The notes under the pieces: generated by a model | The model's input: only the letters and a program-made list of their open reading frames with translations | What the model was told of the DNA's origin: nothing | Database searches by the model: none | Source of the DNA: Azolla caroliniana | Taxonomy: Eukaryota > Plantae > Polypodiophyta | Length of the DNA stretch: 64,000 nucleotides | Reading direction: 5' to 3' | NCBI GenBank assembly: GCA_043228905.1 | Contig: JBHGNT010000020.1 | Location: 14,570,001-14,634,000 of the forward strand | Part shown: positions 48,541 through 61,783 of the stretch, piece after piece | Layout of the letters: the number at the start of each line of letters is the position of its first letter | How positions within the stretch are numbered: the first letter of the stretch is position 1 | Position numbers and translations under genes: made by a program

Positions 48541-51500
48541 TATCACACGAAATCTGCCTCATACCACTAAAATCTTCATATACTATTCTAATTCAGCATC
48601 TAGAACATCATCCCATTTCCTCATATCTTCTTCTAGCATATGTATATCTTACCTACATTAAAATAAGCTTCCTACATGCCGCCACCGTCTCCTCCCTGTT
48701 ATCTCATGTTGTTCGCCATAAGAATGGTATTGGTGGCAGGAACAACCAATGAGGTGGCACATAATTCCACCTAACCTCTGTGCCTGCATCTAACATTATA
48801 GGAATAGCTGACCAAACTCATCGTAATCTCTTTCTTTTTCGAATGGTTGTGTTTCCATAGCCTTTATACCTGTCATACTCACCTTTAACCGAATGTACTA
48901 ATAAATTCCAAAAAGACTTTACCTGATCCACAACGTGAATGTCTTCATCATTGTATAACTTGGAGCACCTAGCTTTCCAAAGAACCCATGGAGACAACGA
49001 GGAGACAATTTGCCAAACATAACTCCGCGAGAAGAACTTGACTCCCTGCAAGGATCTTAAAGTAGAATATACCTGGAAACTTCTTACATATAAAGACAAT
49101 GAAGAATGATTATAATGATAAAAAGCCCTTTGTTGATCCAACATTCCCCAAAAGACTGCACCCCACGTAAAAATAGCAGACCTATACTTACGACCTAGAA
49201 GCCTAAGAATTCGACACCAAAAACTTTTTGCGGAAACACATTCCCAAAATGCATGATGTAATGTCTCATCCGCAAACCCACACATAATACATGACCGATT
49301 ACTCACCGATCCCCTCAATAAATGACCTATTGGCAATGCATAATGAATCATCAACCACCGAAAATGCAATATCTTATTCATGCATTTAATAGACCAAAAC
49401 TGTTTCCAAAACATAACCATATGAGTAGATGAAACTTTTTTCCAACAGGTATTGGCTCAGTCTGCCTCAACATAAAATTCCTGCCAAACGCTACTGAATA
49501 TTTGAAAAAAGGAAGGAGCTTAGTCGAAGAGTTAGATATGGATAATTTCCAACCATAATCCGTTGGATCCCACTGTAGGTCATCAATAGGTTTAGAGTCT
49601 AACACCGAAATATGAGATGAAAAATGAACTATTAGTGGACTAGGATCGATATATATATTTTTATCTAATCTAGCAATTACTCGCACTGGCAATTGCTTCG
49701 CAGCCAACATGATTTGAGACTCCTTATCCACTAGTATCAACCTACCATTGTCCAACACTTCATAAAAATAAATGCTAACATTTTGATCATATAACCGAGC
49801 TCTTATAAGTATATTGAGTGTCGAGAACATACCGTACCAACTCTGAAAATGATCGAATTGCAATGTAGGCACTGTGATCTGATACACCCTGGACAATTGT
49901 CATAACATGATCTTAACCCCTCTTAAGTTAGATAACCTATTACATTGCTCCAACGTAGAGGACTGCATAAACCTTATCCAATCCGCAACCGTACGAGTTG
50001 GTCCACTATCCATTGCAGCCCATGATAACCTAGGGCGTAAACCCAAAACACATGCAACTTCATCAGTGAATAAAGGATTCCATATCAATGGTTGATGCAT
50101 AAATTGCTGATAGCTTTTCGGTGGCAAAAAAACAAGCGCTTGTCGAAGAGTTTCCCCTGCCCGAAAAATTCCATTGAAGAAACGCAATGATCCATCATTG
50201 GACTTAGGTAGCTGGAAATCTGCATTAAAGAACCATCTAAGACTATCCTTCCATTGACCACCTACCGAAGGCTTGACCTTATATAGATGTTGCATCCATA
50301 GCTTTTTCCATAACTCCTGTCCTGGCAATAAACTCCTAACAACATGTTTAGTAAGTAAAGCTTTGCTTTGCATAAATGGATCAATCAAACCTAAACCACC
50401 TTTTTGTTTAGGTTGTATCAGAATAGACCAAGCTACCTTTGCTACAGGATTGACTGACCTATTGTTCCCCCAAATAAAATTCCGTACTAAACGTTGAACT
50501 TTCAACATTATTGACCTAGAAAACAGCCATGTAGATGCTATATACCAAATCGAGGACAACAACACCGCATTAGCTAAAACTACACGTCCTGCTAAAGATA
50601 ATTTTTCTCTATTCCAATATACTAATTTATTTCTTAATCTTAACAATAAGGGTGCAATCATATCCTCTAACTTTAATCCCACACCCACTCGACAACCTAA
50701 ATACCTAATGGACTGACCTTGAGGTATCCATGTGAATCCTAAAGAGGGTACATTAACTAGCGGATCTCCCGAAGCAACCGAAAAACTTGATGACTTATCC
50801 CAATTTATCAATGCACCCGATGCATCTGAGAAATCATCCATGGCCTTTTGCACATGAAACAAATTACCATGTGAGGCCTGAACATATAAAGCTGTATCAT
50901 CAGCGAATTCACAATCCACATTTGCGTTTGCTACTGGTAGTGCTAAACCTTTAATATTTACATATGGAGAATTTAAATGTACAGAGAATGCTTCGGATAC
51001 TAACAAAAACAAGAAAGGAGCAAGTGGACATCCCTGGCGTACAGATCTTGAAATAAAAAAATGCCTACCAATGTCCCTTGCAAATAATAGAGAACCACTT
51101 GCATTACGATATAATGCTGAAACTCCACGTATCCAATTACTTGGAAAACCCATCCTAACGAGTGTTCCCTCCATAAAATCCCAGTCCACTCTGTCGTAAG
51201 CTTTTTCAAAATCAAGAAATAACACCGCCAAATCTTGTTTCTGCACTTTAGCGATGGTCACCATTTCCCAAAAGAGAATAATATTATCAAAAATACTTCG
51301 CTCTTGCAAAAAACCTGTGTGGGTACCATGAATCAACTCCGAAAGATAAGGTTGTAACCGTCTAGCTATCATTTTTGCTAATATCTTATAAATAACATTC
51401 AACAAGGTAATTGCTCTCCATTGGCTAAGCTCTTCTAACTGTCCAAAAAAAATTTAGTATTACAGATAGAAGATTTAAAAGAAAAGGTTGTGATGGAGGA

Positions 51501-54022
51501 TTACTTTTTAGTAATTCTAATGTAGATAGGTTAGCTTTAGCTATGGCGAAAGGTTAATAAAGAAGAAGAAGAAGGAGAATCGTTCATATAAAATATTCTT
51601 TGAATTGTTTTTCTACCTTTTATCCTTTTATGAAAGAGGGGAAACAATGGTTTATTTTACTTGTCTATTTCCCCTAATCTCATAATTTTTATTTTTATTT
51701 GCTCTTTTATAGGGGTTGTTTTTAATATTTTTTAATGCATTGAAACACAAGGAAACCCCCCAAAATTCCTAAAGTTTTGATGGTCTTGTATGTTCATTTT
51801 TATATCATAGGTACGCATCCACATTACAATTGACACAGAAAATTGATATATTTAGCTTTGGGGTGGTTCTCTTGGAAGCAGTATGTGGACTACCGCCAAT
51901 CTTGAAAGATACAGAAACAGAAAATAGAGATATTCACATTGTGGAGTGGGTATGATAACTAATCATCTAGAAATTACATGATAGTTGAGGAAATTTTGAA
52001 GAAACTTTGTCTATGTTCTATTTTTGTGTAGGTAAGACCTGCATATGAGCGAGGGATTATAGAAAACATTGTTGATGAACGACTTCAAAATAACTATAAT
52101 TTATCATCCGTATGGAAAGTGGCAGAGATCGCCATGACATGTGTCCAGTTTGAAGGGGCAAAGAGACCTACAATGAATGTTGTTTGTAATGACCTAAGTG
52201 AAGCCATAGGAATGGAATGTAGTCATGAGTCCTCACCATGGACCACCACCGAAGTTTCATCAATCTATTCACATGTACAAGTTCGTTGATGAATAAGGTT
52301 GTTGAGTAGTGAAGCTCACATGTATATGCATAGCCTATACATAAATATGTTGTTTTTGTCTTCAAAGTAAAGTATTCTTTAGTCATAAAAATCGTTATAT
52401 TTACTATACTGAATTGGGTAAATATTTATTTAAAAACATTGTTGTACTTGATTTTCTCAATTCATTCACCACATTAATCTATTGAGAATAATTTGATATC
52501 ATGTTGTTGGAGAGGAGGTTGTAGACTTTAGTTTTTTTAATGTTCTTTACGTTGGTTTTATTAGTTTATCAAGCTTGTGCAGGCATGAGATTGAATATTG
52601 GTGAGATTATTTACACAATGTATAAGAATTCCATATTGCTCTTTGGCATGCTATCTGTAATGTTTGGCAATGATATAAAGTTTCTACATAATTGAATTTA
52701 AATCATTCTCCAACTGTTTGTTACAAAATGAGGTAGACTTTTCATAGTCTACTTTTTCTAGCGCTTTTAGTCCAACTCCATGAAGACAATTTAATCTTCT
52801 GAATGAAGTTTCGAATCCATTTTCTAGTCTTTATTGGATTCATTCATGTTTCATTAATCATGAGGGGAACTAGGAAGAGCAAACCTTCCGTCAATAGTTG
52901 TGGTGGTTTAATGCCTCTGGAGTGCATGCAGAATGAAATAGATGAAGATCCAAACTAATTCTCACCTTTAGAAAGGTTTTTCCTGTCTTCCTGACTATCA
53001 CGTCATAGGTATGGATTGTGCAAGAGAATGACTCCATCCTATGCAGCACAACCTCCCATTCCATCTTTAGGTATCTCAAGTCTACATCCACCTATAAGGA
53101 AGTCATCGAGTGGATGAATACCTGATGACATAATCATTCGCTCTTTCTCAATACAAAGAGCCTATACAATAAGACAATGTTTTCTTCCTTCACATGCTTA
53201 GAAAATTTATACTAGGATTTCCTTCCAGAATGTTACATTTTGAACTCACATGCATTCTAGCCTCCCTTCCCTTCTATGAAAGCTTCCCTTGGATCTCCCT
53301 TACATGTTTTTCGAGTTGGATCCTTCCATTATAGTGAGGTTGTGAGGAGTCCCTTACCATTCATCACATTCTTACTCTTTAATATTGAGACCCAGGAAAG
53401 GTCCGTTGTCAATCCTTACTCTATCTTCTTAGATTCTCCTCATACGTTCATGCACATTCGTCCATTCATCTCTTCCTTTAATATTCCTTGCAGTTGAGCC
53501 TCTCTAAATGATTGTTCCTCTCTTCTTCATGTGTCCTTCAAGATTACTACTATATGGTCATTTGTAGTATGAAGTAATCAACCCTTATTGATTGTAGCTC
53601 AATGTTAACATTCATCAATTGAAGGTTGTCTTCTATGCTCACCAACCTTGGTAAAAAACTCAAAAATATGAATGAATGTGCCATGTAATGTGGGTGAATA
53701 CTTTATCAATGCCCAAAGTTAAACGACACAAGAAACTACAACCAACAAACTAATTGGATTGGACCCATTCTGGATTCAGTAAGATAACAGTTTTCATGTG
53801 GATAGAGTAGTTTCCTAAACATTCATTTAGACATTTTCATAGTTTCAATTTATTAATCCTAATTTCTACCTATATCTATATTATCTTAAGAAGTTCCCAT
53901 ATTTGTACTCATTCATTATAGTGATCGTTTTCTTTTATTTTAATATATATATATATATATTATATCTTTCAACATTTTTTTTAGGGCTTATCAAAAAGTT
54001 TCCTAGATTGCATTTCTTTTCT

Positions 54023-55015
54023 CTATTTACTTCTACTCCTCCCTCGGTTGTTTTGACCTTGGCTTGTATGCTTATTCCTCCCTCTCTCAACCATCAAGAC
54101 CTTTGAATGTGAGGATGTCCCTTGTGTCCTTCGTCTCATCTCCTCGTTTAGAACATCTCTCTTGACATATTCCATAGTTACAATTCCATTTGGGGTTGCA
54201 TTAGTTAGAGATACCCTAAAAGTTTCCCATGAACTAGGGAGAGTGTTTAACAACCATAATGCATTAATCTCATCATAAAATTTCACTCCCATACCAAAAA
54301 GTTGGTTGAAACATCCTTGAAATTCATTTAGATGATCTAAAATGGAACTACCTTCTTTATACACTAAATGCATTGCTTGTTTAAGCAAAAATAACTTATT
54401 GTTACCTGTATTTGATGCATACAATGTTTCGAGTTTATTCCATAGAGCTTTAGCATTAGTTTCATTCAAAATATGGTTTAAAACATTGTCTCCCATCCAT
54501 TGTCGAATAGAACCACATACTTGTTGATTCTCGAAAAGCCATTCCTCGACAGTTTTGTTCTCCGGTTTAGCATCTGCAAAAACAGGTAAGTGTAGATTTT
54601 TCACAAAAAGAAGATCTTTCATCTTGCCTTTCCATTTGTGGTAGTTGGTGCCGTTCAAGCAAATCATTGTGGAAAATTTTTCCTCCATAAGAACTCAACC
54701 TCTGCTCTAATACCACTTGTTCTGAAACTTAATAACACTTAAACACTTATGTAAAACAAAAAATATGTTGTGCAAGATTTAAAAGAAAGCAAGAGAGATA
54801 CACAATACACCACAAATTTTAATGTGGAAAACCCTCAAAGAGGTAAAAACCACGGGATCTAGTCTAGAACTAATTCACTATTAGTATAAATCAGATAAAC
54901 CAAAGTTCTACTCTATACAAGTTAGAGTACTATGAGAAATTGAGGAATATAATGTTTCCTCAAAAAACTAAACTCAACAAAAAGACACAAAAAACCTAGG
55001 CAGCGATGACAGAGG
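54023..55015 (-). mobile_element. Inverted LTR(U5)-PBS-gag segment of old Copia D
   Basis: gag MEEKFSTMICLNGTNYHKWK...GRSRSK on the minus strand (54688-54023); PBS GCTCTAATACCA at 54704-54715; U5 motif CCCGTGGTTTTT...GGGTTTTCCAC on the minus strand at ~54820-54856. Confidence 0.8.
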
Positions 55016-56445
55016 CAACGATGTCAAGGTATAAAAATCTAGAATGTCATTTTTGTGGTAAAATAGGACACATAAAGAGGTATTGTTACAAGTGGAAAAA
55101 GGAGAACCACACATCTAACGGTAAGCATGAAAACAAAGGTAACGATGACAATTCTAATTGTGTTAATACAACTTCCTCAGATGATTTAGTTGTTGTCTAT
55201 GATGAAAACGTAATTAATCTTGCTCACAATGAAACTAATTGGGTTGTTGATAGTGGACCATCGTTCCATGTCACATCTAGAAGGGATTTTTTTACTTCTT
55301 ATGCTTAAGGGGATTTCAGAGTTGTGAAGATGGGCAATGATGGTCTTTCGAAGGTGGTAGGCATCGGGACTATTTGTTTGGAAACCAACTGGGGTTAAAA
55401 GTTGATTCTGAAGGAGGTAAGGCATGTACCCGACATTCGTTTACATCTTATCTCAATCGGCAGATTAGATGATGATGGCTATTGCAACATCTTCAATGAG
55501 GGACAATGGAAACCTACTAAGGGCTCATTGGTTGTAGCTTGTGGTAAGAAATGCTTTAGTTTGTATTTATTACAAGCATCTATCTCTACTAATCTTGTGA
55601 ATGCAGTTGGAAGCAACAATATGTCCGAACTATGACATAAAAGGTTGTCTCATATTAGTGAGATGGGGCTTGATTGCCCAACAAACTAAAGCTTGCTTCC
55701 GGGTCTAAATGATGCTAAGTTAGACATGTGCAATCACTGTGTGGTACGAAAGCAAAGAAGAGTCGCGCACAAACAACATTCTTCTTCAAGAAAGGAAGAG
55801 GTAGTGGAGTTGGTACATTCAGATGTTTGTGGTCCTTTAAAGGTAAAATCAATAGGTGGTGCACTCTATTTCGTTACTATTATTGATGACTATTCTAGGA
55901 AAGTTTGGATTCGAACATTGAAAACTAAGGACCAAGTATTTAATATGTTCAAAGAATTTCATGCTTCTGTAGAAAGAGAGAAAGGAAAAAAGCTGAAATG
56001 CATTCACACTGGCAATGGTGGGGAATACCTTGGATCTTTCGATGCATACTGTCGAGATCATGGGTTTAAGCATCAAAAGAAACCACCTAAAACGCCACAA
56101 CTAACTGGCTTGACGGAAAGGATGAATAGAACTCTAGTTGAAAGAGTTTGATGCTTGCTCTCGGATGTGAAGTTATCCAAATCCTTTTGGGGTGAGGCTT
56201 TGAGTACCGTTGCATATGTTATTAACCTATCTCCTACTGTTGCATTGTAGAGCGACGTTCCTAATAGAGTTTGGTATGGCAAGAATGTTTCATATGATCA
56301 TTTACGTATGTTTGGGTGTAAATGTTTTGTACATATACCTAAAGATGAATGGCCTAAGTTCGATGGTAAATCTAAAGAATGTATTTTTATTGGTTATGGC
56401 CAAGATGAGTTTGGTTACAGATGTTATGACCCAATAGGAAGGAAG

Positions 56446-59400
56446 TGTTGGGATTACGGTCCCTCCGGATGGGATGATCGGATGTCCGGATATGAATGAC
56501 GGCAAGCCCGGTTACGGTTACGGAGCCGGATGATGAATACCCCGGTTACGGAGCCGGATGATGAAGATCCCGGAGAGAGATCCGGATGCGGGGACATATT
56601 TGTGAATATGTTTTGCCAAGAGCCCTTTGAGGCTATATTTGTAAATAGCCCGAAAGTCATATGTGTATAAATATGACTTAGGGCAAACAGTTTATTGTTG
56701 TTGCTAATCATTTTTCCTGTTTTTCACTCAATAGGAGTGAAGAGGGAGCAGCCGTGAGAGAGAGAGAGAGAGAGATAGAGCGTGAGAGAGGAAGAGGTCG
56801 ACGCCTCTTTGTATTTCCGCCTCCTGTGGCGAGGACAGCGAGCTCAAGGTCGTTGCCTTGCAGCTCGCCATTGTATACTTCTCAGTATAGTGTTGGTTTG
56901 GAGTCTTGTACTCCCGTGGTTTTTCCCGTCTAGGGTTTTCCACGTTAAATCGTGTGTCCTCTCTATTTCTTGTATTTCCCATTTTCTGCTCCATTGATTC
57001 GCGCTTACTCGGTTGTGGCCGAGTGGTGAAGGTGAATCGAAGCGTCGATTCCCAACAAACTGGTATCAGAGCGAACTGCTGCAGAAAATGGAAGGCGGCG
57101 GCAGCGGGCAGCCGGGGATGATGGTGCTGAATGCGCAGAATTACGCCGACTGGAAGATCAAGATGGAGGATCTTCTAATTGTTCGGGACCTGTACGAACC
57201 GATTGACAGGTCAGAAATACCGAAGGGAGTACTTGAGTCGGAGTGGAAGCTCCTGAACCGGAAAGCCGTAGCGACGATCCGACAATATGTCGATGTAAGC
57301 GTCCTACAACATGTGGCGAACGACACCAACGCATATGAGATGTGGAAGAAGCTGTCGGGCCTCTACGAGAGGAAGAATGCGTTGAACCGGACCTCCCTGA
57401 TGAGGAAGATAGTGAATCTCAAGTACCGGGACGACGAGAGTATGGTGGAACACGTAAGCACGTTCATGGGATTCGTGAATCAGCTTGCGGCGATCAAGTT
57501 CCCGTTGGAGGATGCAATGCAAGCCATCATCCTGATGTGTACATTGCCGGAAAGCTGGGAGAACTTGGTGGTGACTCTCAGCACCTCCTGCACCGAAGAT
57601 AACTTGTCCTTACAAACGGTAAAGACAAGTATTTTGAACGAAGAAGCGCGTCGGAGAGATAAAGAACCGGCCTCCGATTCGAAGGCGCTGCTTACCGAAT
57701 CGGATCGGGGAAGACAATGGAACCGGAGTCCGCAAAGACGGGAGAAGTCGGGGACCCGGTCGCAGTCAAGAGGAAGGCCCACATGCTTCCACTGTGGGAA
57801 GCCGGGGCACTTCCGGAAGAATTGTCGGCATTACCGAAAGGACAACGGAGCCGACGACACCGATTCGAAGAAGTCATCGGAGAGAAACGGTGCATACCGG
57901 GGAGCCACGGACCGAAGATGTCCGGATCGGCGAGGGCAGGACCGGAAAGGAACGACGGCACTCGCGGCAAGTGAAGAAGAGATAATGCTCATTACCGAAG
58001 AAAGGGAGCTGAACCTTGCCGGTGAAGAGATGACCTGGGTGGTCGATTCCGGAGCGTCGTTCCACCTGACCCCGGAGAAGAAATACTTCTCATCCTACAC
58101 AGCCGGTGAGCACGGCTGTGTCCGGATGGGAAATGAAGGCACATGCCGGATTGCCGGCATAGGAGACGTGTGCCTGATGACATCAACCGGATGCAAGATG
58201 CTGTTGAAGGATGTGCGACACGTTCCGGAGGTCCGATTGAACCTGATCTCGGCCGGGAGGCTGGATGATGAAGGCTACACGGGTAGCATCCGGAACGGTG
58301 TCATGAAGTTCAGCAAGGGGAGCCTGATAGTGGCCCGGGCCCGGAAGGTCAACACACTGTACCTGATGAATTCCCGGCTATGTCTGGAGGAGCTGAACGT
58401 GGCAGCCGACACTGCCGGTGAGCTGTGGCACAAGAGACTGTGCCACATGAGTGAGAAGGGGATGAAGAGGCTTGCAGAAGACAACCTTATTCCAGTGAAG
58501 CATGTGCACCTGGAGAAGTGCACCGACTGCCTGGCCGGTAAGCAAAACCGGACCTCCTTCCACTCAAGGCCACCGACGAGACGTAGCGCACCATTGGAGC
58601 TGGTGCACACTGATGTGTGTTAGGTAGAAACGAAGTCACATGGCGGAGCCCAGTACTTCGTAACATTCATCGATGATCATAGCCGAAAACTGTGGTCGGC
58701 ACCGATGAAGACAAAGGACCAAGTGTTGTGCATCTTCAAAGAACTCCACGCGAGAGTGGAAAGGGAATCCGGCAAGAAGCTGAAGGCGATACGAGCGGAT
58801 AACGGAGGGGAATACCGGGGGCAGTTCCAGGAGTACTGTCGCTCGAAGGGAATCCGACTCGAGTTTACTGTGCCGAAGACGCCGGAACTGAACGGGCTGG
58901 CCGAGAGGATGAACCGGACCATAATGGAGAGGGTCCGGAGTATGCTGGCGCATGCGAAATTACCCAAGGGGTTTTGGGCTGAGGCAATGTCGACGGCGAC
59001 ATACGTGATAAACAGATCACCCTCAGTACCTTTGGACGGAGACACGCCGCAGAAAGTGTGGACCGGTAAGGAAGTGTCCTACCGGCATCTGAAGGTGTTC
59101 GGGTGTCTCGCTTACGTGCATGTGGCAAAGGACCGGAGAGGAAAGCTAGATCCAAAGACCCGGCCATGCATATTCCTCGGTTACGGCGACGACGAGTTCG
59201 GCTACCGAGTATGGGACCCGGTCGACAAGAAGATATTCAGGAGTCGAGACATCATCTTCATGGAGAACAAGACACTCGCCGACTGGGAGTCGGAGAAGAA
59301 GATGAAGAGCTCCAAGTCGACCGGTGAGGATCAACTCTACGAGGAGCAGTCCCGACCGGCAAGGGACCGGTTAGCACTCGAGGATCCGGCCGAAGACGGT

Positions 59401-61783
59401 GAAGAAACAGAACCGGCCGAAGAAGATGAAAACGATACCGGAATCGGCCCCGATCCCGAAATGGATTCGGATGAAGAAGAATCGGAAGAACCAGTTACCG
59501 AAGCTCCGGAACGGAGATATCCTCTAAGAGAGAGAAGGGCCCCCCGGAGATTTCCGGAACCAGAGCACGTGCTGCTAACCGACGAGGGGGAGCCGGAGAG
59601 TTTTGAAGAAGCAAAGCTTGACACCCATAGCCGCAGGTGGTTAAGTGCCATGCAGGAGGAGATGGATTCCCTGCATGAGAACCACACATATGAACTTGTG
59701 GAGTTGCCGAAAGGAAAGCGGGCACTTCGGAACAAGTGGGTGTTCAAGCTGAAACCGGGAGATGCCGGAAACCCCCCGAGATACAAAGCCAGGATCGTGG
59801 TGAAGGGGTTTCAGCAGAAGAAGGGCGTCGACTTCGACGAGATATTTGCCCCGGTAGTGAAGATGACCTCCATCCGGACGGTGCTGAGCATAGCGGCAAG
59901 TATAGACCTCGAGGTAGAACAGATGGACGTGAAGACGGCATTCCTTCACGGTAACCTCGAAGAAGAGATCTACATGCAGCAACCGGAAGGATTCGAGAAG
60001 AAAGGGAAGGAGCACCTGGTATGCCGGTTGAAGAAGAGCCTTTACGGACTGAAGCAGGCTCCCCGGCAATGGTACCGGAAGTTCGACTCCTTCATGACCG
60101 ACGAAGGGTACCTCAAAACGCAGTCCGACCACTGCGTGTTTGTGAAGAAGTTCGAAGGAGGAGACTTTCTAATACTCCTCCTGTACGTGGATGACATGTT
60201 GATCGTCGGACGGGACCAGGTCAAGATACGGATGCTGAAGAAGGCTCTTCACCGAACCTTCTCAATGAAGGACTTGGGTCCGGCGAGGCAAATACTAGGG
60301 ATGCATATCATCCGGGACCGGAAGAAGAAGCAGTTGTGGCTGTCACAGGAGAAGTACGTGACAAAGGTGCTTCAACGGTTCAACATGTCGAAAGCAAGAC
60401 CAGTCGGGTCGACTCTCCCGGCAAACTGCAAGCTGTCCAACAAGCAGAGTCCCAAGACAAAGGCTGAAAAGGAGGATATGATGAAAGTGCCATATGCCTC
60501 AGCCGTCGGGAGCTTGATGTACGCCATGGTGTGTACGAGACCGGACATAGGATACGCAGTCGGAGTGGTGAGCCGGTACATGAGCAATCCTGGCAAAGAG
60601 CACTGGAACGCGGTCAAATGGATACTCCGATACCTGAAGGGCACGGCAAACGTGTGCCTCCGATTCGGCTCCGGTAAGCCCGAACTCGACGGCTTCACCG
60701 ATTCGGATATGTCGGCTGATGCAGATACCAGCCGGTCCACATCAGGGTATGTGATGACCTATGCAGGGGGAGCCGTTTCGTGGCAGTCGAGGCTGCAGAA
60801 GACGGTTGCGTTGTCAACCACGGAGGCGGAGTACATGGCAGCTGTTGAAGCCGGCAAGGAAATAATATGGATGAAGGACTTCATTAGAGAGCTCGGGATC
60901 CGGCAGGAGGAGTACCGACTCTACTGCGATAGTCAGAGTGCCATCCACCTTGCAAAGAACGCGGCCTACCATTCCCGGACGAAACACATCCAGCGTAGAT
61001 ACCACTGGATCCGGGAAAGGATAGAAGACAAGGAGTTCGTGCTGACGAAGATCCACACGGACGAGAACGGGTCGGATATGCTGACCAAGGTGCTCACACC
61101 CGACAAGCTGGAAGCATGCCGGAAGAGGATCGGATTGGAGAGACATCCCATGCCGAAGTGAAGGGGGAGTTTGTTGGGATTACGGTCCCTCCGGATGGGA
61201 TGATCGGATGTCCGGATATGAATGACGGCAAGCCCGGTTACGGTTACGGAGCCGGATGATGAATACCCCGGTTACGGAGCCGGATGATGAAGATCCCGGA
61301 GAGAGATCCGGATGCGGGGACATATTTGTGAATATGTTTTGCCAAGAGCCCTTTGAGGCTATATTTGTAAATAGCCCGAAAGTCATATGTGTATAAATAT
61401 GACTTAGGGCAAACAGTTTATTGTTGTTGCTAATCATTTTTCCTATTTTTCACTCAATAGGAGTGAAGAGGGAGCAGCCGTGAGAGAGAGAGAGAGAGAG
61501 ATAGAGCGTGAGAGAGGAAGAGGTCGACGCCTCTTTGTATTTCCGCCTCCTGTGGCGAGGACAGCGAGCTCAAGGTCGTTGCCTTGCAGCTCGCCATTGT
61601 ATACTTCTCAGTATAGTGTTGGTTTGGAGTCTTGTACTCCCGTGGTTTTTCCCGTCTAGGGTTTTCCACGTTAAATCGTGTGTCCTCTCTATTTCTTGTA
61701 TTTCCCATTTTCTGCTCCATTGATTCGCGCTTACTCGGTTGTGGCCGAGTGGTGAAGGTGAATCGAAGCGTCGATTCCCAACA
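56446..61783 (+). mobile_element. Very young full-length Ty1/Copia
   Basis: 612-bp LTRs at 56446-57057 and 61172-61783 with one visible mismatch; TSD GGAAG; PBS TGGTATCAGAGC at 57061; PPT AAGGGGGAG. Confidence 0.98.
57088..61161 (+). pseudogene. Copia Gag-Pol polyprotein with a single premature TAG (58621-58623)
   Basis: ORFs 57013-58623 and 58705-61161 are in the same frame. The paralogue at ~25788 has CAG (VHTDVCQVETK). Confidence 0.93.

Larger units (their letters stand above)
41781..51445 (-). mobile_element. 5'-truncated L1-type LINE with long 3' tail, in an intron of RLK copy 2
   Basis: TSD AAAAAAATTTAGTATT at 41765-41780 and 51446-51461. RT motifs WRAITLLN, LDFEKAYDRV, QGCPLAP, FADD and RYLG at 51405-49900; zf-RVT CIMC...H...C at ~49300. 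The frame runs on to WNYVPPHWLF at ~48710. An empty site is present in copy 1 (~22410). Confidence 0.9.
36974..52289 (+). pseudogene. Malectin-like domain-GDPC-LRR-TM receptor kinase pseudogene copy 2 (LRR-I/SYMRK-like architecture)
   Basis: Signal peptide; SIDCG, YLIRASFWYG, PFINSLELRPL, RYPDD..DRFW; GDPC at ~38546; LRR exons (DLSNNSLSGPIP, NLANNNFSGTVP); TM at ~40070; kinase exons 40510-41731 and 51811-52289. Lesions: frameshift ~37370, TAG ~37566, deletion ~38328, TAG ~40170. Confidence 0.88.

Noticed and set aside
58621-58623. Programmed stop-codon readthrough
   Set aside because: Both sister elements have CAG here, and the position lies inside integrase rather than at a gag/pol boundary.
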